The position numbers and the translations under genes were made by a program. From an uncultured Clostridia bacterium (GTDB taxonomy: Bacteria; Bacillota; Clostridia; Oscillospirales; Acutalibacteraceae), in the NCBI GenBank assembly GCA_944380855.1, contig CALWIW010000006.1:1183-65182 (forward strand): a DNA stretch of 64,000 bases. The letters run 5' to 3'. The notes under the pieces are model-generated. The model saw nothing but the letters and a program-made list of their open reading frames with translations. It made no database searches and was not told the DNA's origin. Of the stretch, positions 29,054-38,968 are shown piece after piece (the first letter of the stretch is position 1; each line of letters opens with the position of its first letter).

Positions 29054-30151
29054 ATGAATATGATTATTCCTGATTTTATACGGGAAGAAAAAACAATTTG
29101 GGAGTTTTTAAAAAAACACAGCTCTCCCATTGTTATTTACGGCATGGGAAACGGTGCCGACCTTGTTATAGCTGAGCTTGAAAAAATAGGAAAAAAGCCC
29201 TCGGAAATTATAGCCAGCGACGATTTTGTGAGAGGCCAATCATTTCACGGCTTTAAAGTAAAAACATTAAGTCAGGTCGAAACAGAGTACAGCGATTTTA
29301 CTGTCCTTGTGTGCTTTGGAACTCAGATAGACTCGGTAATTGAAAACATAAAGGCAATAGCTGAAAAGCACAGAGTTTTTGTCCCATATGTTCCCGTTTT
29401 CGGAGATGAAATAATGACAGAGGATTTTCTTTTTGAAAATCTTCAGGACATTGTAAAGGCGAGAAAGCTTTTTAAAGATGAGCTTTCTTTAAAAACTTTT
29501 GACTGCTGTGTAAATTTTTATATTTTCGGCAGACTTTCCTATCTCTTTCAGTGTGAAAGTCCAACAGATGAGATTTTTGAAAATATTTTAAATCTAACAA
29601 ATAATGAAAGCTATTTAGATTTGGGAGCATACAGAGGAGATACCATTGAGGAATTTTTAAAATATTCTAACAGAGAATACAGACGCATAACCGCCCTGGA
29701 GCCTGACAAAAAAACATTTAAAAAGCTTTGCAGTTACGGTGAAAGTCTTGAAAACACCAACCTTTTAAACAAAGGTATATGGAGCTGCGAAGATGTTTTG
29801 TATTTTGAAAACCGCTGTGCCAGAGGTTCTTCATTATCGGAGGATATTAAAAGCAAAAAAGCTTTGCCTGTAGAGGTCACAAGCGTTGACAGCCTGGATA
29901 AGGAATTTAATTTTACCTATATAAAAGCCGATGTAGAGGGAGCGGAAAAGGAAATGCTTTTGGGAAGCGTGAAAACCCTTGAAAAAGGCAAAGCAAAGCT
30001 TAATATTGCGGTTTACCACAGAACCGAGGATTTTTTCAGACTTCCCCTGCTGATACATTCCGTAAATCCGAACTACAGCTTTTATATTCGTCATCATAAA
30101 TATATTCCCTTTTGGGACACAAATATTTATTGCGTACCGGAGAAGTTATAG
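29054..30151 (+). CDS. FkbM family SAM-dependent methyltransferase
   Basis: YLDLGAYRGD, ALEPD, IKADVEGAE, IAVYH. Confidence 0.9.
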   Translation: MNMIIPDFIREEKTIWEFLKKHSSPIVIYGMGNGADLVIAELEKIGKKPSEIIASDDFVRGQSFHGFKVKTLSQVETEYSDFTVLVCFGTQIDSVIENIKAIAEKHRVFVPYVPVFGDEIMTEDFLFENLQDIVKARKLFKDELSLKTFDCCVNFYIFGRLSYLFQCESPTDEIFENILNLTNNESYLDLGAYRGDTIEEFLKYSNREYRRITALEPDKKTFKKLCSYGESLENTNLLNKGIWSCEDVLYFENRCARGSSLSEDIKSKKALPVEVTSVDSLDKEFNFTYIKADVEGAEKEMLLGSVKTLEKGKAKLNIAVYHRTEDFFRLPLLIHSVNPNYSFYIRHHKYIPFWDTNIYCVPEKL

Positions 30152-30184
30152 AATTAAAAATTAAGAATGAATAATTAAGAATTA
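30150..30184. repeat. Five degenerate 7-bp tandem repeats (AGAATTA)
   Basis: AGAATTA AAAATTA AGAATGA ATAATTA AGAATTA. Confidence 0.55.
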
Positions 30185-30229
30185 AATATAATCACGCTTT
30201 AAATTCTATAAAGGAAAAAAGTTAACCTA

Positions 30230-30397
30230 GAGAGAGCCATTCCCAAAATTAAGGAAAAGGTTTCGCCCACCGTGTACAGAACCTAATCAATAAACAGAAG
30301 CTATGCACGGTGGAAATAAAAAAAACGGAAATAAAAAATAAAGGTTTCGCCCGCCTTGTAATGATGTTAATTTCCAAAAGGAAGTTCTGCAAGGCGG
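30230..30397 (-). repeat. Two inverted palindromic cassettes plus B hairpin upstream of coaX
   Basis: CCACCGTG-31-CACGGTGG (30267-30313) and CCGCCTTG-31-CAAGGCGG (30351-30397), each preceded by GGTTTCGC. Confidence 0.88.
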
Positions 30398-30425
30398 AAA
30401 CAAAAAAACGGAGGATAAAAATAAA

Positions 30426-31199
30426 ATGATACTTTGCGTTGATGTGGGAAATACCAATATTACAATGGGTATTTTTAAAGATAAAAAACTTCTGTTAAAA
30501 ACCAAAATTTCCACCGACAAAGGAAAAACCGCCGACGAATACGCAATTGAAATTTTCACCATGTTTGGTGTTTACAGCATAGAGCTTTCGGAAATTACAG
30601 GCTGTATTATCGGAAGCGTTGTTCCCCAGGTTACACCTCAGCTTAAAGAAGCCTTAAAAAATCTTTTTGGCTGTACCCCTCTCATTGTAGGTGCCGGAAT
30701 AAAAACAGGCCTTAACATCAAGATTGATTCCCCGGAAACACTGGGAGCAGACCTTGTTGTGGGCTGTGTTGCGGCGGCAGAGCTTTTCCCCTGCCCCTGT
30801 ATTGTAATCTGCATGGGTACGGCTACTACAATATGTTACATGGACAAAAACAAAGCCATGTGCGGCGGAGCCATAATGCCCGGCGTTTCAATTTCTTTAA
30901 ACGCCCTTACCTCAACCTCTGCATTACTTCCGGGAGTATCCCTGGACGCCACGAAAAACGTCATAGGAAGAAACACAAACGACTGTATAAAATCAGGCGT
31001 TGTTTGGGGTGCCGTATGTATGCTTGACGGAATGATAGAAAAATTTGAAAATGAAAGCAAAAGCCATTGCACCATTGTAGCGTCGGGAGATTTATCCCCT
31101 ATAATTGTTCCCCACTGCAAAAGGGAAATTTTTATTAAAGACGATTTGATAATGCAGGGCTTGCGGATTATATATGAAAAAAACAGAAAAAACAATTAA
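30426..31199 (+). CDS. coaX: Type III pantothenate kinase
   Basis: DVGNTN, SVVP, LGAD, MGTATT, GGAIMPG. Confidence 0.95.
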   Translation: MILCVDVGNTNITMGIFKDKKLLLKTKISTDKGKTADEYAIEIFTMFGVYSIELSEITGCIIGSVVPQVTPQLKEALKNLFGCTPLIVGAGIKTGLNIKIDSPETLGADLVVGCVAAAELFPCPCIVICMGTATTICYMDKNKAMCGGAIMPGVSISLNALTSTSALLPGVSLDATKNVIGRNTNDCIKSGVVWGAVCMLDGMIEKFENESKSHCTIVASGDLSPIIVPHCKREIFIKDDLIMQGLRIIYEKNRKNN

Positions 31200-31215
31200 G
31201 GACAGGTGATATAAA

Positions 31216-31851
31216 ATGTCAAAAACTGAAAAACAAGTGCCTCTTAAAACGGTTGTGGGACTGATAATTTTTTCCCTGATAATCGTTTTGATGGCGTTCA
31301 CTCCCGCAGGATTTTTAAAAAGCGGTAATGTTGAAATTTCTTTTCTTGTTATACCGGTAGCAATAGGTGCAATTTTGCTGGGCCCGGTATCCGGTGCTGT
31401 ACTTGGACTTGTTATGGGCGTTGTTTCCTTTGCCCAGTGCTTCGGCGGAAGCGACATAGGCTCTGCACTTTTGAAAGACAGTGCCGTGAACACATTTTTG
31501 CTTTGCGTAGTTCCCCGAGTTGTATGCGGCTGGATTGCCGGTGTTTTTTACGACCTTATAAGCAAAATAGACAAGACAGGCTATGTTCCTCAAATTGCGG
31601 CGGCAATTGTCTGTCCCATTTTTAACTTTATTCTTTCTATGCTGGGACTTTCCCTGCTTTTCGGTCAAACTCCTTATATTTTAAATCTTCACATCAGTCT
31701 TGGGGTAGACGGATTTGCTTTTCCCTTTGCTCTGGGCGGTATGAACTTATTTTATGAGCTATTGGCTTCATTGGTATTTACAACCGGTATAAGTACTGTT
31801 ATTTTAAAGCTAAAAAACCGCAAAAAAGGTCAATCAGAAAATGAAGAATAA
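31216..31851 (+). CDS. ECF transporter S component (PanT-like)
   Basis: MAFTPAGF, IPVAIGAILLGP, VVPRV; about 6 TM; adjacent to coaX. Confidence 0.8.
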   Translation: MSKTEKQVPLKTVVGLIIFSLIIVLMAFTPAGFLKSGNVEISFLVIPVAIGAILLGPVSGAVLGLVMGVVSFAQCFGGSDIGSALLKDSAVNTFLLCVVPRVVCGWIAGVFYDLISKIDKTGYVPQIAAAIVCPIFNFILSMLGLSLLFGQTPYILNLHISLGVDGFAFPFALGGMNLFYELLASLVFTTGISTVILKLKNRKKGQSENEE

Positions 31852-31866
31852 ATACGGTGATACAAT

Positions 31867-32835
31867 ATGAACAGAGATATTCTAAACACACTTCTTGACG
31901 CAAATGATTTTGTATCGGGTCAGGAGCTTTCGGAAAAGCTGGGTGTAACACGCACCACCATATGCAACAATATAAAGGAAATAAGAAAAGCAGGCTTTAC
32001 GGTGGAGTCGGTAACAAATAAGGGCTATAAAATAACGGAAAAAACAAGACACATAAACGAGGTTTTAATCGGAAGAAATCTTTCCACCTCTTATCTGGGA
32101 CGTGTCATTTACGAAACCGAGGAAACTCCCTCTACCAATACTTTTTTAAAACAAAAGGCCTCGGAGCATTGCCCCGAGGGTGCGTTGGCAGTTACACATA
32201 TGCAAACAGCCGGAAAAGGCAGACTAGGAAGAGTTTGGAAAACAGAACGTGATTCCTCTGCCATATTTTCATATATATTAATGCCGGAAATTTCCCCAAA
32301 GGACATTTCTGCCATAACTCAGGTGGTGGGACTTGCCGTTTGCCGAGCCTTAAACAGGCTGTTTAACATTAACTGTGAAATAAAATGGCCTAACGATATT
32401 ATCTGCGGCAATAAAAAGCTGTGCGGTATTCTCTGTGAAATGTCGGCAGAACTGGACAGAGTAAACTATATTATACCGGGAATAGGAATAAACTGCGACC
32501 AGCAGAGCTTTCCCGAGGAAATTGCAGAAAAGGCAACCTCTGTTTATCTTGAAACAGGAAGCTTTCCCGACAAAAATCTGATTATTGCGGAAATTCTAAA
32601 CGAAACCGAAAAAATAATTTCCACCTCAGGTTTTGCCTTTAACCAAACCTTAACAGAGGAATACACAAGGCTTTGTGCCACCATAGGCAGAAAAATAGAG
32701 TTTTACCGTGACGGAAAAGCAATTCACGGCACAGCCTGCTCGGTTACCCAGGACGGAGAACTGGTTGCCGAAACAGAAGATCACAAGGTCTACATTATAA
32801 ATTCGGGCGAAGTAACCGTTCAAGGCATCTACTAA
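31867..32835 (+). CDS. birA: Bifunctional biotin-protein ligase / repressor
   Basis: N-terminal HTH (VSGQELSEKLGVTR), STN, QTAGKGRLGRVW, KWPND, KLCGIL. Confidence 0.96.
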   Translation: MNRDILNTLLDANDFVSGQELSEKLGVTRTTICNNIKEIRKAGFTVESVTNKGYKITEKTRHINEVLIGRNLSTSYLGRVIYETEETPSTNTFLKQKASEHCPEGALAVTHMQTAGKGRLGRVWKTERDSSAIFSYILMPEISPKDISAITQVVGLAVCRALNRLFNINCEIKWPNDIICGNKKLCGILCEMSAELDRVNYIIPGIGINCDQQSFPEEIAEKATSVYLETGSFPDKNLIIAEILNETEKIISTSGFAFNQTLTEEYTRLCATIGRKIEFYRDGKAIHGTACSVTQDGELVAETEDHKVYIINSGEVTVQGIY

Positions 32836-32843
32836 TTTTAATT

Positions 32844-33514
32844 CCGCCTTGGTCAGGTTCATCTGTCATAAGACCTCCGCCATGCGGCGGGTTGAGTTTT
32901 TTATTTCCGACCTGCAAGGGACATATTTAAAAATAAACTTTCGTTTCAGGTCGGGCGAAACCTTTTCAGAAATCGTTAGAATGGCTCGCTCTCGGTAAGG
33001 TTTAGTTTTTGCATTATAATTTTACAGCCACGGTTCAACAAAAATAACCGTGGCTGTTTCTTTTATAAAATTATAAGTTATATTGGCGGATTGTATATTC
33101 GCCAATACACTGTGTGTTTCTTGATAAATTAATAAATTAAACGGCTTTGCTACAAACTTTATTCTAACAGAGCCATTGTAATTTTTTAAACTAACGTTTC
33201 TCCCGACGTGTGATGAAGTTTATTTGTTAGGAAAAGTCCTGCACGTCGGATTTAAAAAAATAAAAAACAGCTATGCCACAATGTTAAATGTGACATAGCT
33301 GTTTTAATTTTTAAAACAAACGTTTCGCCCGCCTTGAAATGCCGTTAATTTATAAATCTAACCTTTGCAAGGCGGAAACAAAAGTCTCTCCCGCCGAGTG
33401 ATGTCGTTATTCAAATCTAAACCCAGTCGTAAGCGAGCCATTCCAAAGACTCCGGAAAAGGTCTCGCCCGACGGAAAACGCGAGCTTATTTCAAGCTGAA
33501 GTTTTCCCCGTCGG
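32844..33514. repeat. Array of five complete and one partial palindromic cassette (contains composite element copy B)
   Basis: Forward at 32844-32890 (degenerate) and 32907-32954. Inverted at 33203-33249, 33329-33375 and 33468-33514, with a partial copy from 33391. Hairpins at 33024-33057, 33081-33108 and 33269-33301. Confidence 0.9.
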
Positions 33515-36500
33515 TTATAAGAAATACTTGACGCCGGACTCAAAGATTTTCTGGTCTTTTTCAAACGGTACGTTTGCGTAAAGGTTTTCGCCCTTTCTTT
33601 CGCTGTGACCCATCTTGCCGAGAACTCTTCCGTCAGGGCTTGTGATACCCTCAACCGCACAAACAGAACCGTTAAGATTGTACTTAATGTCGGCAACAGG
33701 CTTGCCCTCAAGGTTGCAGTACTGGGTTGCAATCTGTCCGTTTTCTATAAGACGTTTCATTGTTTCGTCGTCAGCCATGAAACGGCCTTCGCCGTGTGAT
33801 ACAGGAATTGCAAAGATTTCTCCTGCATTTACCATGCTGAACCACGGTGACTTAACAGAAGTAACTCTTGTATATGCCATGTGGGAAATATGTCTGCCTA
33901 TTGTGTTAAAGGTAAGGGTTGGGTCGGTGTCCTTAATGTCCACGATTTCACCGTATGGAACAAGACCCAGCTTTATGAGTGCCTGGAATCCGTTGCAGAT
34001 ACCCAGCATAAGACCGTCACGGTTCTTCAAAAGCTCGTTTACTGCGTTTGCTATGCGTGGATTTCTGAATGTGGTTGCGATAAACTTTCCGCTTCCGTCA
34101 GGCTCGTCACCGCCGGAGAAGCCGCCGGGGAGCATGATAATCTGGGAATCGTTTATCATCTTTTCCATCTGAACGATTGTTTCCTCAATGTGGGCAGGGG
34201 TAAGGTTCTTAACTATAAGAAGCTGTGGTTCTGCTCCTGCCTTTTCAAAGGCACGTGCCGTGTCTATTTCGCAGTTTGTGCCGGGGAATACAGGTATAAA
34301 TACCTTTGGCTTTGCTGTTTTGATAACAGGTGAGGAAGTGTTTCTCTCTCTGTAAAGAGGAATATCAAACTTCATCTCCGGACAAGGAGCCTGTGTTGCA
34401 AATACCTTTTCAAGAGGTGCTGTCCATGCTTCGATAAGTGTATCTACGGAAATGTCACAACCCTTAACGCTTATAATGCCATCGTCTGTGGTTGTACCTA
34501 AATAATAGTTTACAACTTTTGCAGGGAGATTTGCGTCCTTATCAAGCTCTAAAATAAGTGAACCGCTTAAAGGAGCGAAAAGCTCGTCAAAGCTTAAATC
34601 CTTGGCAAACTTAAAGCCAAGCTTGTTTCCGAATGCGGCTTTGCATACGGAAGCGGCGGCACCGCCCTCTTTTACTACAGAAGCGGAAAGAACCTTTCCT
34701 TTTTCCATAAGCTCTAAAACTGCTCTGTACATTTCTTTGAGCTGTTCCCAAAGAGGCATAAATGTTTCTTTATTTTCAGGAACAGGAACATAAACAACTC
34801 TTGAACCTGCCTTTTTAAACTCTGCTGAAATTGTCTTGGAAGCCTTTGTCATGGAAACCGCAAAGCTTACAAGTGTAGGAGGAACGTCCAAATGCTCGAA
34901 GCTTCCGGACATACTGTCCTTACCGCCGATGGACGGAATACCCATTTTAAGCTGTGCTTCAAATGCACCCAGCAAAGCGGCGGCAGGCTTGCCCCATCTT
35001 TCCGGCTTGTCGTAAAGTCTTTCAAAATATTCCTGGAATGTAAGTCTTGCCTTTAACGGGTCTGCACCTATTGCCAAAAGCTTTGAAAGCGACTCAACAA
35101 CTGCGTATGCCGAGCCGTGGAAAGGACTCCAGCGTGATGTTCCCGGAATATAACCGAAGCTCATAGCTGTGGCGTCGTCTGTTTCTCCGTGGATAAGAGG
35201 AATTTTGGCTGCCATTGCTTCCTGAGGTGTAAGCTGTTCCTTTCCGCCGAAGGGCATAATAACTGTAGCCGCACCGATAGAAGCGTCAAATCTTTCGGAA
35301 AGTCCGATTTGTGAGCAAACCTCAAGTCTTGAAAGGTTCTTGAGCATTGCTTCCTCTGTTGAAAGACCCTCAAGGCATTTTGGAACCTTTGTTCTGTAGC
35401 AGTCCTCGGCCTTTGGAGCTGTGATATAAGCTCTTGATACCTGAGTAACGCCGTTTGTATTTAAAAATTCACGGGAAAGGTCAACAATTCTGTCTCCTCT
35501 CCAATCCATTGTAAGACGGGGAGATTCTGTAACAACAGCAACTGCTGTAGCTTCAAGGTTTTCCTTTTCGGATTCTGCAATAAATTTTTCAACATCGTTC
35601 TTGTCGAGAACAACAGCCATTCTCTCCTGGCTTTCGGAGATTGCAAGCTCTGTGCCGTCGAGACCCTCGTATTTCTTTGTAACCTTATCAAGGTCAACGG
35701 AAAGTCCGTCGGCAAGCTCGCCGATTGCAACGCAGACGCCGCCGGCACCGAAGTCGTTGCATCTCTTTATCATTGTGGACACTTCCGGATTGCGGAAAAG
35801 TCTTTGTATTTTTCTTTCTGTAGGAGGATTACCCTTCTGAACCTCTGCTCCGCAGGTTTCAATAGAGCTTTCTGTGTGAGCCTTTGAAGAACCTGTTGCA
35901 CCGCCGCAGCCGTCACGTCCTGTTCTTCCGCCCAAAAGAACTATAACATCTCCCGGAGCGGGAACTTCACGGATTACGTTTGATTTTGGTGAAGCACCGA
36001 TAACCGCACCGATTTCCATTCTCTTTGCTGTGTAGCCGCTGTCGTAAAGCTCTGTTACCTGACCTGTTGCAAGTCCTATCTGGTTACCGTATGAGCTGTA
36101 GCCTGCTGCCGCACCGGTGGTGATTTTTCTTGCAGGAAGCTTTCCGTGCATTGTGTCCTTAACTGCAACAGTGGGGTCGCCTGAGCCTGTAACTCTCATT
36201 GCCTGATAAACATAGGCTCTGCCTGAAAGGGGGTCTCTTATTGCACCGCCCAGGCAGGTTGCGGCACCGCCGAAAGGCTCGATTTCCGTGGGGTGGTTGT
36301 GGGTTTCGTTCTTAAACTGAACAAGCCACTTTTCCTCTTTTCCGTCTATTGTAACGGGAACCTCTATTGAACAGGCGTTTATCTCGTCGCTTACGTCAAG
36401 GTCAGGGATAAGGCCTTTTTTTCTCAAAAGCTTCATTCCTGCCAAAGCCATATCCATAAGGGAAACGTCCCTTGTGGTGTCCTTGCCGTAAAGCTCTTCT

Positions 36501-37282
36501 CTTGCCTTGTAGTACTCTGAAAGTGCATTTTCTATAACTGAACCAAGAGCCGCTTTTTCTACCTCGATTTTCTCAAGTCTTGTCAAAAATGTTGTGTGGC
36601 GGCAGTGGTCTGACCAGTATGTATCAATTACACGAAGCTCCGTAACGGACGGGTCGCGGTTTTCTGTATCTCTGAAATAATCACGGCAGAACTCCAGGTC
36701 GGAAAGAGTCATTGCAAAGCCCATTGAGCCGTAATACTCCTCCATTTCCTTTTTGTTCCACTTTATAAATCCCTCTACCCTTTTTACGTTTTCGGGAGCT
36801 TCAACGGGAACCTCCAAAGTCAAAGGCTTTTCAAGGGAAGCCAAACGGCTTTCAACAGGGTTTACAAGATAATCCTCAACCTTTTTTAAGTCCTCCTCGG
36901 AAATATTTCCCTTAAGGACAACAACTCTTGCGGTGAGAACCTGAGGACGCTCCCCCTGAGTCAGAAGCTGTACGCACTGAGCGGCAGAGTCTGCACGCTG
37001 GTCGTACTGTCCGGGAAGATATTCCATTGCAAAAATCTTCCAACCATCTTCAACGGGAAGATTTTCTTCATAAATAACGTCTGCGTTAGGCTCGGAAAGA
37101 ATAATTCCCTTTGCCTTTTCAAATTCCTCGTCCGTAAGACCGGAAATATCGTATCTGTTTACATATCTGAGATTTTCTATGTTTTTCATACCCAGATTAT
37201 GACGCAGATCCCAAAGCATCTGCTTGGCTTCAACATTAAAGCCATCTCTTTTTTCCACAAAAATTCTTTTTACCTCTGACAT
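33515..37282 (-). CDS. purL: Phosphoribosylformylglycinamidine synthase (large fused type)
   Basis: WSDHCRH, ETHNHPTEIEPFGGAAT, DFGAGG, GGFSGGD, LGICNGFQ, SHGEG, MGHSER. Confidence 0.97.
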   Translation of the reverse strand: MSEVKRIFVEKRDGFNVEAKQMLWDLRHNLGMKNIENLRYVNRYDISGLTDEEFEKAKGIILSEPNADVIYEENLPVEDGWKIFAMEYLPGQYDQRADSAAQCVQLLTQGERPQVLTARVVVLKGNISEEDLKKVEDYLVNPVESRLASLEKPLTLEVPVEAPENVKRVEGFIKWNKKEMEEYYGSMGFAMTLSDLEFCRDYFRDTENRDPSVTELRVIDTYWSDHCRHTTFLTRLEKIEVEKAALGSVIENALSEYYKAREELYGKDTTRDVSLMDMALAGMKLLRKKGLIPDLDVSDEINACSIEVPVTIDGKEEKWLVQFKNETHNHPTEIEPFGGAATCLGGAIRDPLSGRAYVYQAMRVTGSGDPTVAVKDTMHGKLPARKITTGAAAGYSSYGNQIGLATGQVTELYDSGYTAKRMEIGAVIGASPKSNVIREVPAPGDVIVLLGGRTGRDGCGGATGSSKAHTESSIETCGAEVQKGNPPTERKIQRLFRNPEVSTMIKRCNDFGAGGVCVAIGELADGLSVDLDKVTKKYEGLDGTELAISESQERMAVVLDKNDVEKFIAESEKENLEATAVAVVTESPRLTMDWRGDRIVDLSREFLNTNGVTQVSRAYITAPKAEDCYRTKVPKCLEGLSTEEAMLKNLSRLEVCSQIGLSERFDASIGAATVIMPFGGKEQLTPQEAMAAKIPLIHGETDDATAMSFGYIPGTSRWSPFHGSAYAVVESLSKLLAIGADPLKARLTFQEYFERLYDKPERWGKPAAALLGAFEAQLKMGIPSIGGKDSMSGSFEHLDVPPTLVSFAVSMTKASKTISAEFKKAGSRVVYVPVPENKETFMPLWEQLKEMYRAVLELMEKGKVLSASVVKEGGAAASVCKAAFGNKLGFKFAKDLSFDELFAPLSGSLILELDKDANLPAKVVNYYLGTTTDDGIISVKGCDISVDTLIEAWTAPLEKVFATQAPCPEMKFDIPLYRERNTSSPVIKTAKPKVFIPVFPGTNCEIDTARAFEKAGAEPQLLIVKNLTPAHIEETIVQMEKMINDSQIIMLPGGFSGGDEPDGSGKFIATTFRNPRIANAVNELLKNRDGLMLGICNGFQALIKLGLVPYGEIVDIKDTDPTLTFNTIGRHISHMAYTRVTSVKSPWFSMVNAGEIFAIPVSHGEGRFMADDETMKRLIENGQIATQYCNLEGKPVADIKYNLNGSVCAVEGITSPDGRVLGKMGHSERKGENLYANVPFEKDQKIFESGVKYFL

Positions 37283-37573
37283 AGGATTCTCCTCGCTTTT
37301 TATGTCGTTTTAGCTGTACCGAATTGGTTTCTTAAAAAGAACTACCCGATTTAAAAATTTTATCACAATACGGCATGATTTTATTTCCATACAAGAAATA
37401 TTAACAATACAAAACAAAAGTTTCGACAAACGAGAGTATGGTTTCGCCATTGAAAACAAGGGAGAAAAGTGATAAAATAAATATAATTTTCGTGTGTTGT
37501 TTCCTTTTTAAGATACTAAAGCATTACACGAAAACAGATGAAAGCAATGTTCACAAAATCGGAGGTAACATAT

Positions 37574-38968
37574 ATGAAAAATCAAAGCCTTACCTTTCCG
37601 ACGCGGCCCTTTTCCACAAGGGGAGGAGCAAAGGTCCCCCACAGGAAAAATACCGCCGCCATGGAAACGGTTGTGATGCCTGCTCCAAAGGAAGTAATAA
37701 TACCTATGTCCCAGCATATAGGTGCTCCCTGTAATGTAATTGTAAGACAGGGCGACCACGTGGACGTGGGTCAGTCCATAGGAGAAAACGACAGCTTCGT
37801 AACTGCTCCCATACACGCAAGCGTATCGGGAACCGTAAAGAAAATAACGGAAATTACCATGCCAAACGGTGCAAAGGCAAAGGCGGTGGTAATAGAGTCC
37901 GACGGGGAAATGACCCTGTCACCTTATGCGGAGCCGCCTGCGGCGGAAACAAAGGAACAGCTTTTGCTTGCCATAAAGAGAAGCGGACTGGTAGGCTTGG
38001 GCGGAGCGGGATTTCCTGCCCATGTAAAGCTGAGTATTCCGCAGGACAAAAAAATTGATACCCTTATTATAAACGGAGCGGAGTGCGAACCCTACATCAC
38101 CTCCGACCACAGAGAAATACTTGAAAACTCCTGGGATATACTTTCGGGAATTAAAATAATCAAGGACCTTTTAGATGTTCACAGGGTTATTATAGGAATT
38201 GAGAACAACAAGCCCGACGCCATAAAAACCCTTACTCAGATTGCCGCCAACGAAGCCGCAGACCCCGACGATGAAATAAGAGTGCTGACCCTTAAATCAT
38301 CTTACCCACAGGGTGCGGAAAAGGTGCTGATAAGAGCCTGTACAGGAAGAAAAGTTCCTGCGGGAAAGCTTCCGGCGGACGTTGGCTGTGTTGTGATGAA
38401 CGTAACTTCCGTTGCATTTATCGCAAAGTACCTTAAAACTGGTATTCCCCTTGTTTCCAAGAGAATTACCGTTGACGGAAGTGCCGTAAAGGAGCCGAAA
38501 AATGTTATTGTTCCTTTGGGTACTCCCATTAAGGACGTTATAGAGTTCTGCGGCGGATATAAATGCGAGCCTAAGAAAATTTTGATGGGCGGCCCTATGA
38601 TGGGTATTGCTTTGACAGACGACAGTATGCCTGTTTTAAAGCAGAACAACGCAATTTTGGCTTTTGACGAAAAGGACGCAAAGCTTATGGAGGAAACCGA
38701 CTGCATACGCTGCGGAAACTGCCTTAAAAGCTGTCCCATGTCCTTAATGCCTCAGGCTATTGCAGGCTGTGTAAAGCTTAAAGACGTAAAGGGTTTGGAA
38801 AAGCTCAATGTTATGACCTGTATGGAGTGCGGAAGCTGTGCCTTTAACTGCCCTGCCCACAAGCATCTTGTGCAGACCATGAGAGAGGGCAAGGCTATGG
38901 TTAGAGCCGAAAGTGCGAAAAAAGCCGAAGAAAAGAAGAAAGAGGAGGCAAAAAAGAATGAGCAGTAA
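37574..38968 (+). CDS. rnfC: Rnf complex subunit C
   Basis: QHIGAP, GLGGAGFP, NGAECEPY, two 4Fe-4S motifs. Start refined to ATG 37574 after GGAGG. Confidence 0.96.
   Translation: MKNQSLTFPTRPFSTRGGAKVPHRKNTAAMETVVMPAPKEVIIPMSQHIGAPCNVIVRQGDHVDVGQSIGENDSFVTAPIHASVSGTVKKITEITMPNGAKAKAVVIESDGEMTLSPYAEPPAAETKEQLLLAIKRSGLVGLGGAGFPAHVKLSIPQDKKIDTLIINGAECEPYITSDHREILENSWDILSGIKIIKDLLDVHRVIIGIENNKPDAIKTLTQIAANEAADPDDEIRVLTLKSSYPQGAEKVLIRACTGRKVPAGKLPADVGCVVMNVTSVAFIAKYLKTGIPLVSKRITVDGSAVKEPKNVIVPLGTPIKDVIEFCGGYKCEPKKILMGGPMMGIALTDDSMPVLKQNNAILAFDEKDAKLMEETDCIRCGNCLKSCPMSLMPQAIAGCVKLKDVKGLEKLNVMTCMECGSCAFNCPAHKHLVQTMREGKAMVRAESAKKAEEKKKEEAKKNEQ

Noticed and set aside
37283-37573. Purine or ZTP riboswitch upstream of purL; Rex site upstream of rnf
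   Set aside because: No recognisable riboswitch consensus or terminator, and only half-sites (TTAACAA, TTCACAA) for Rex.
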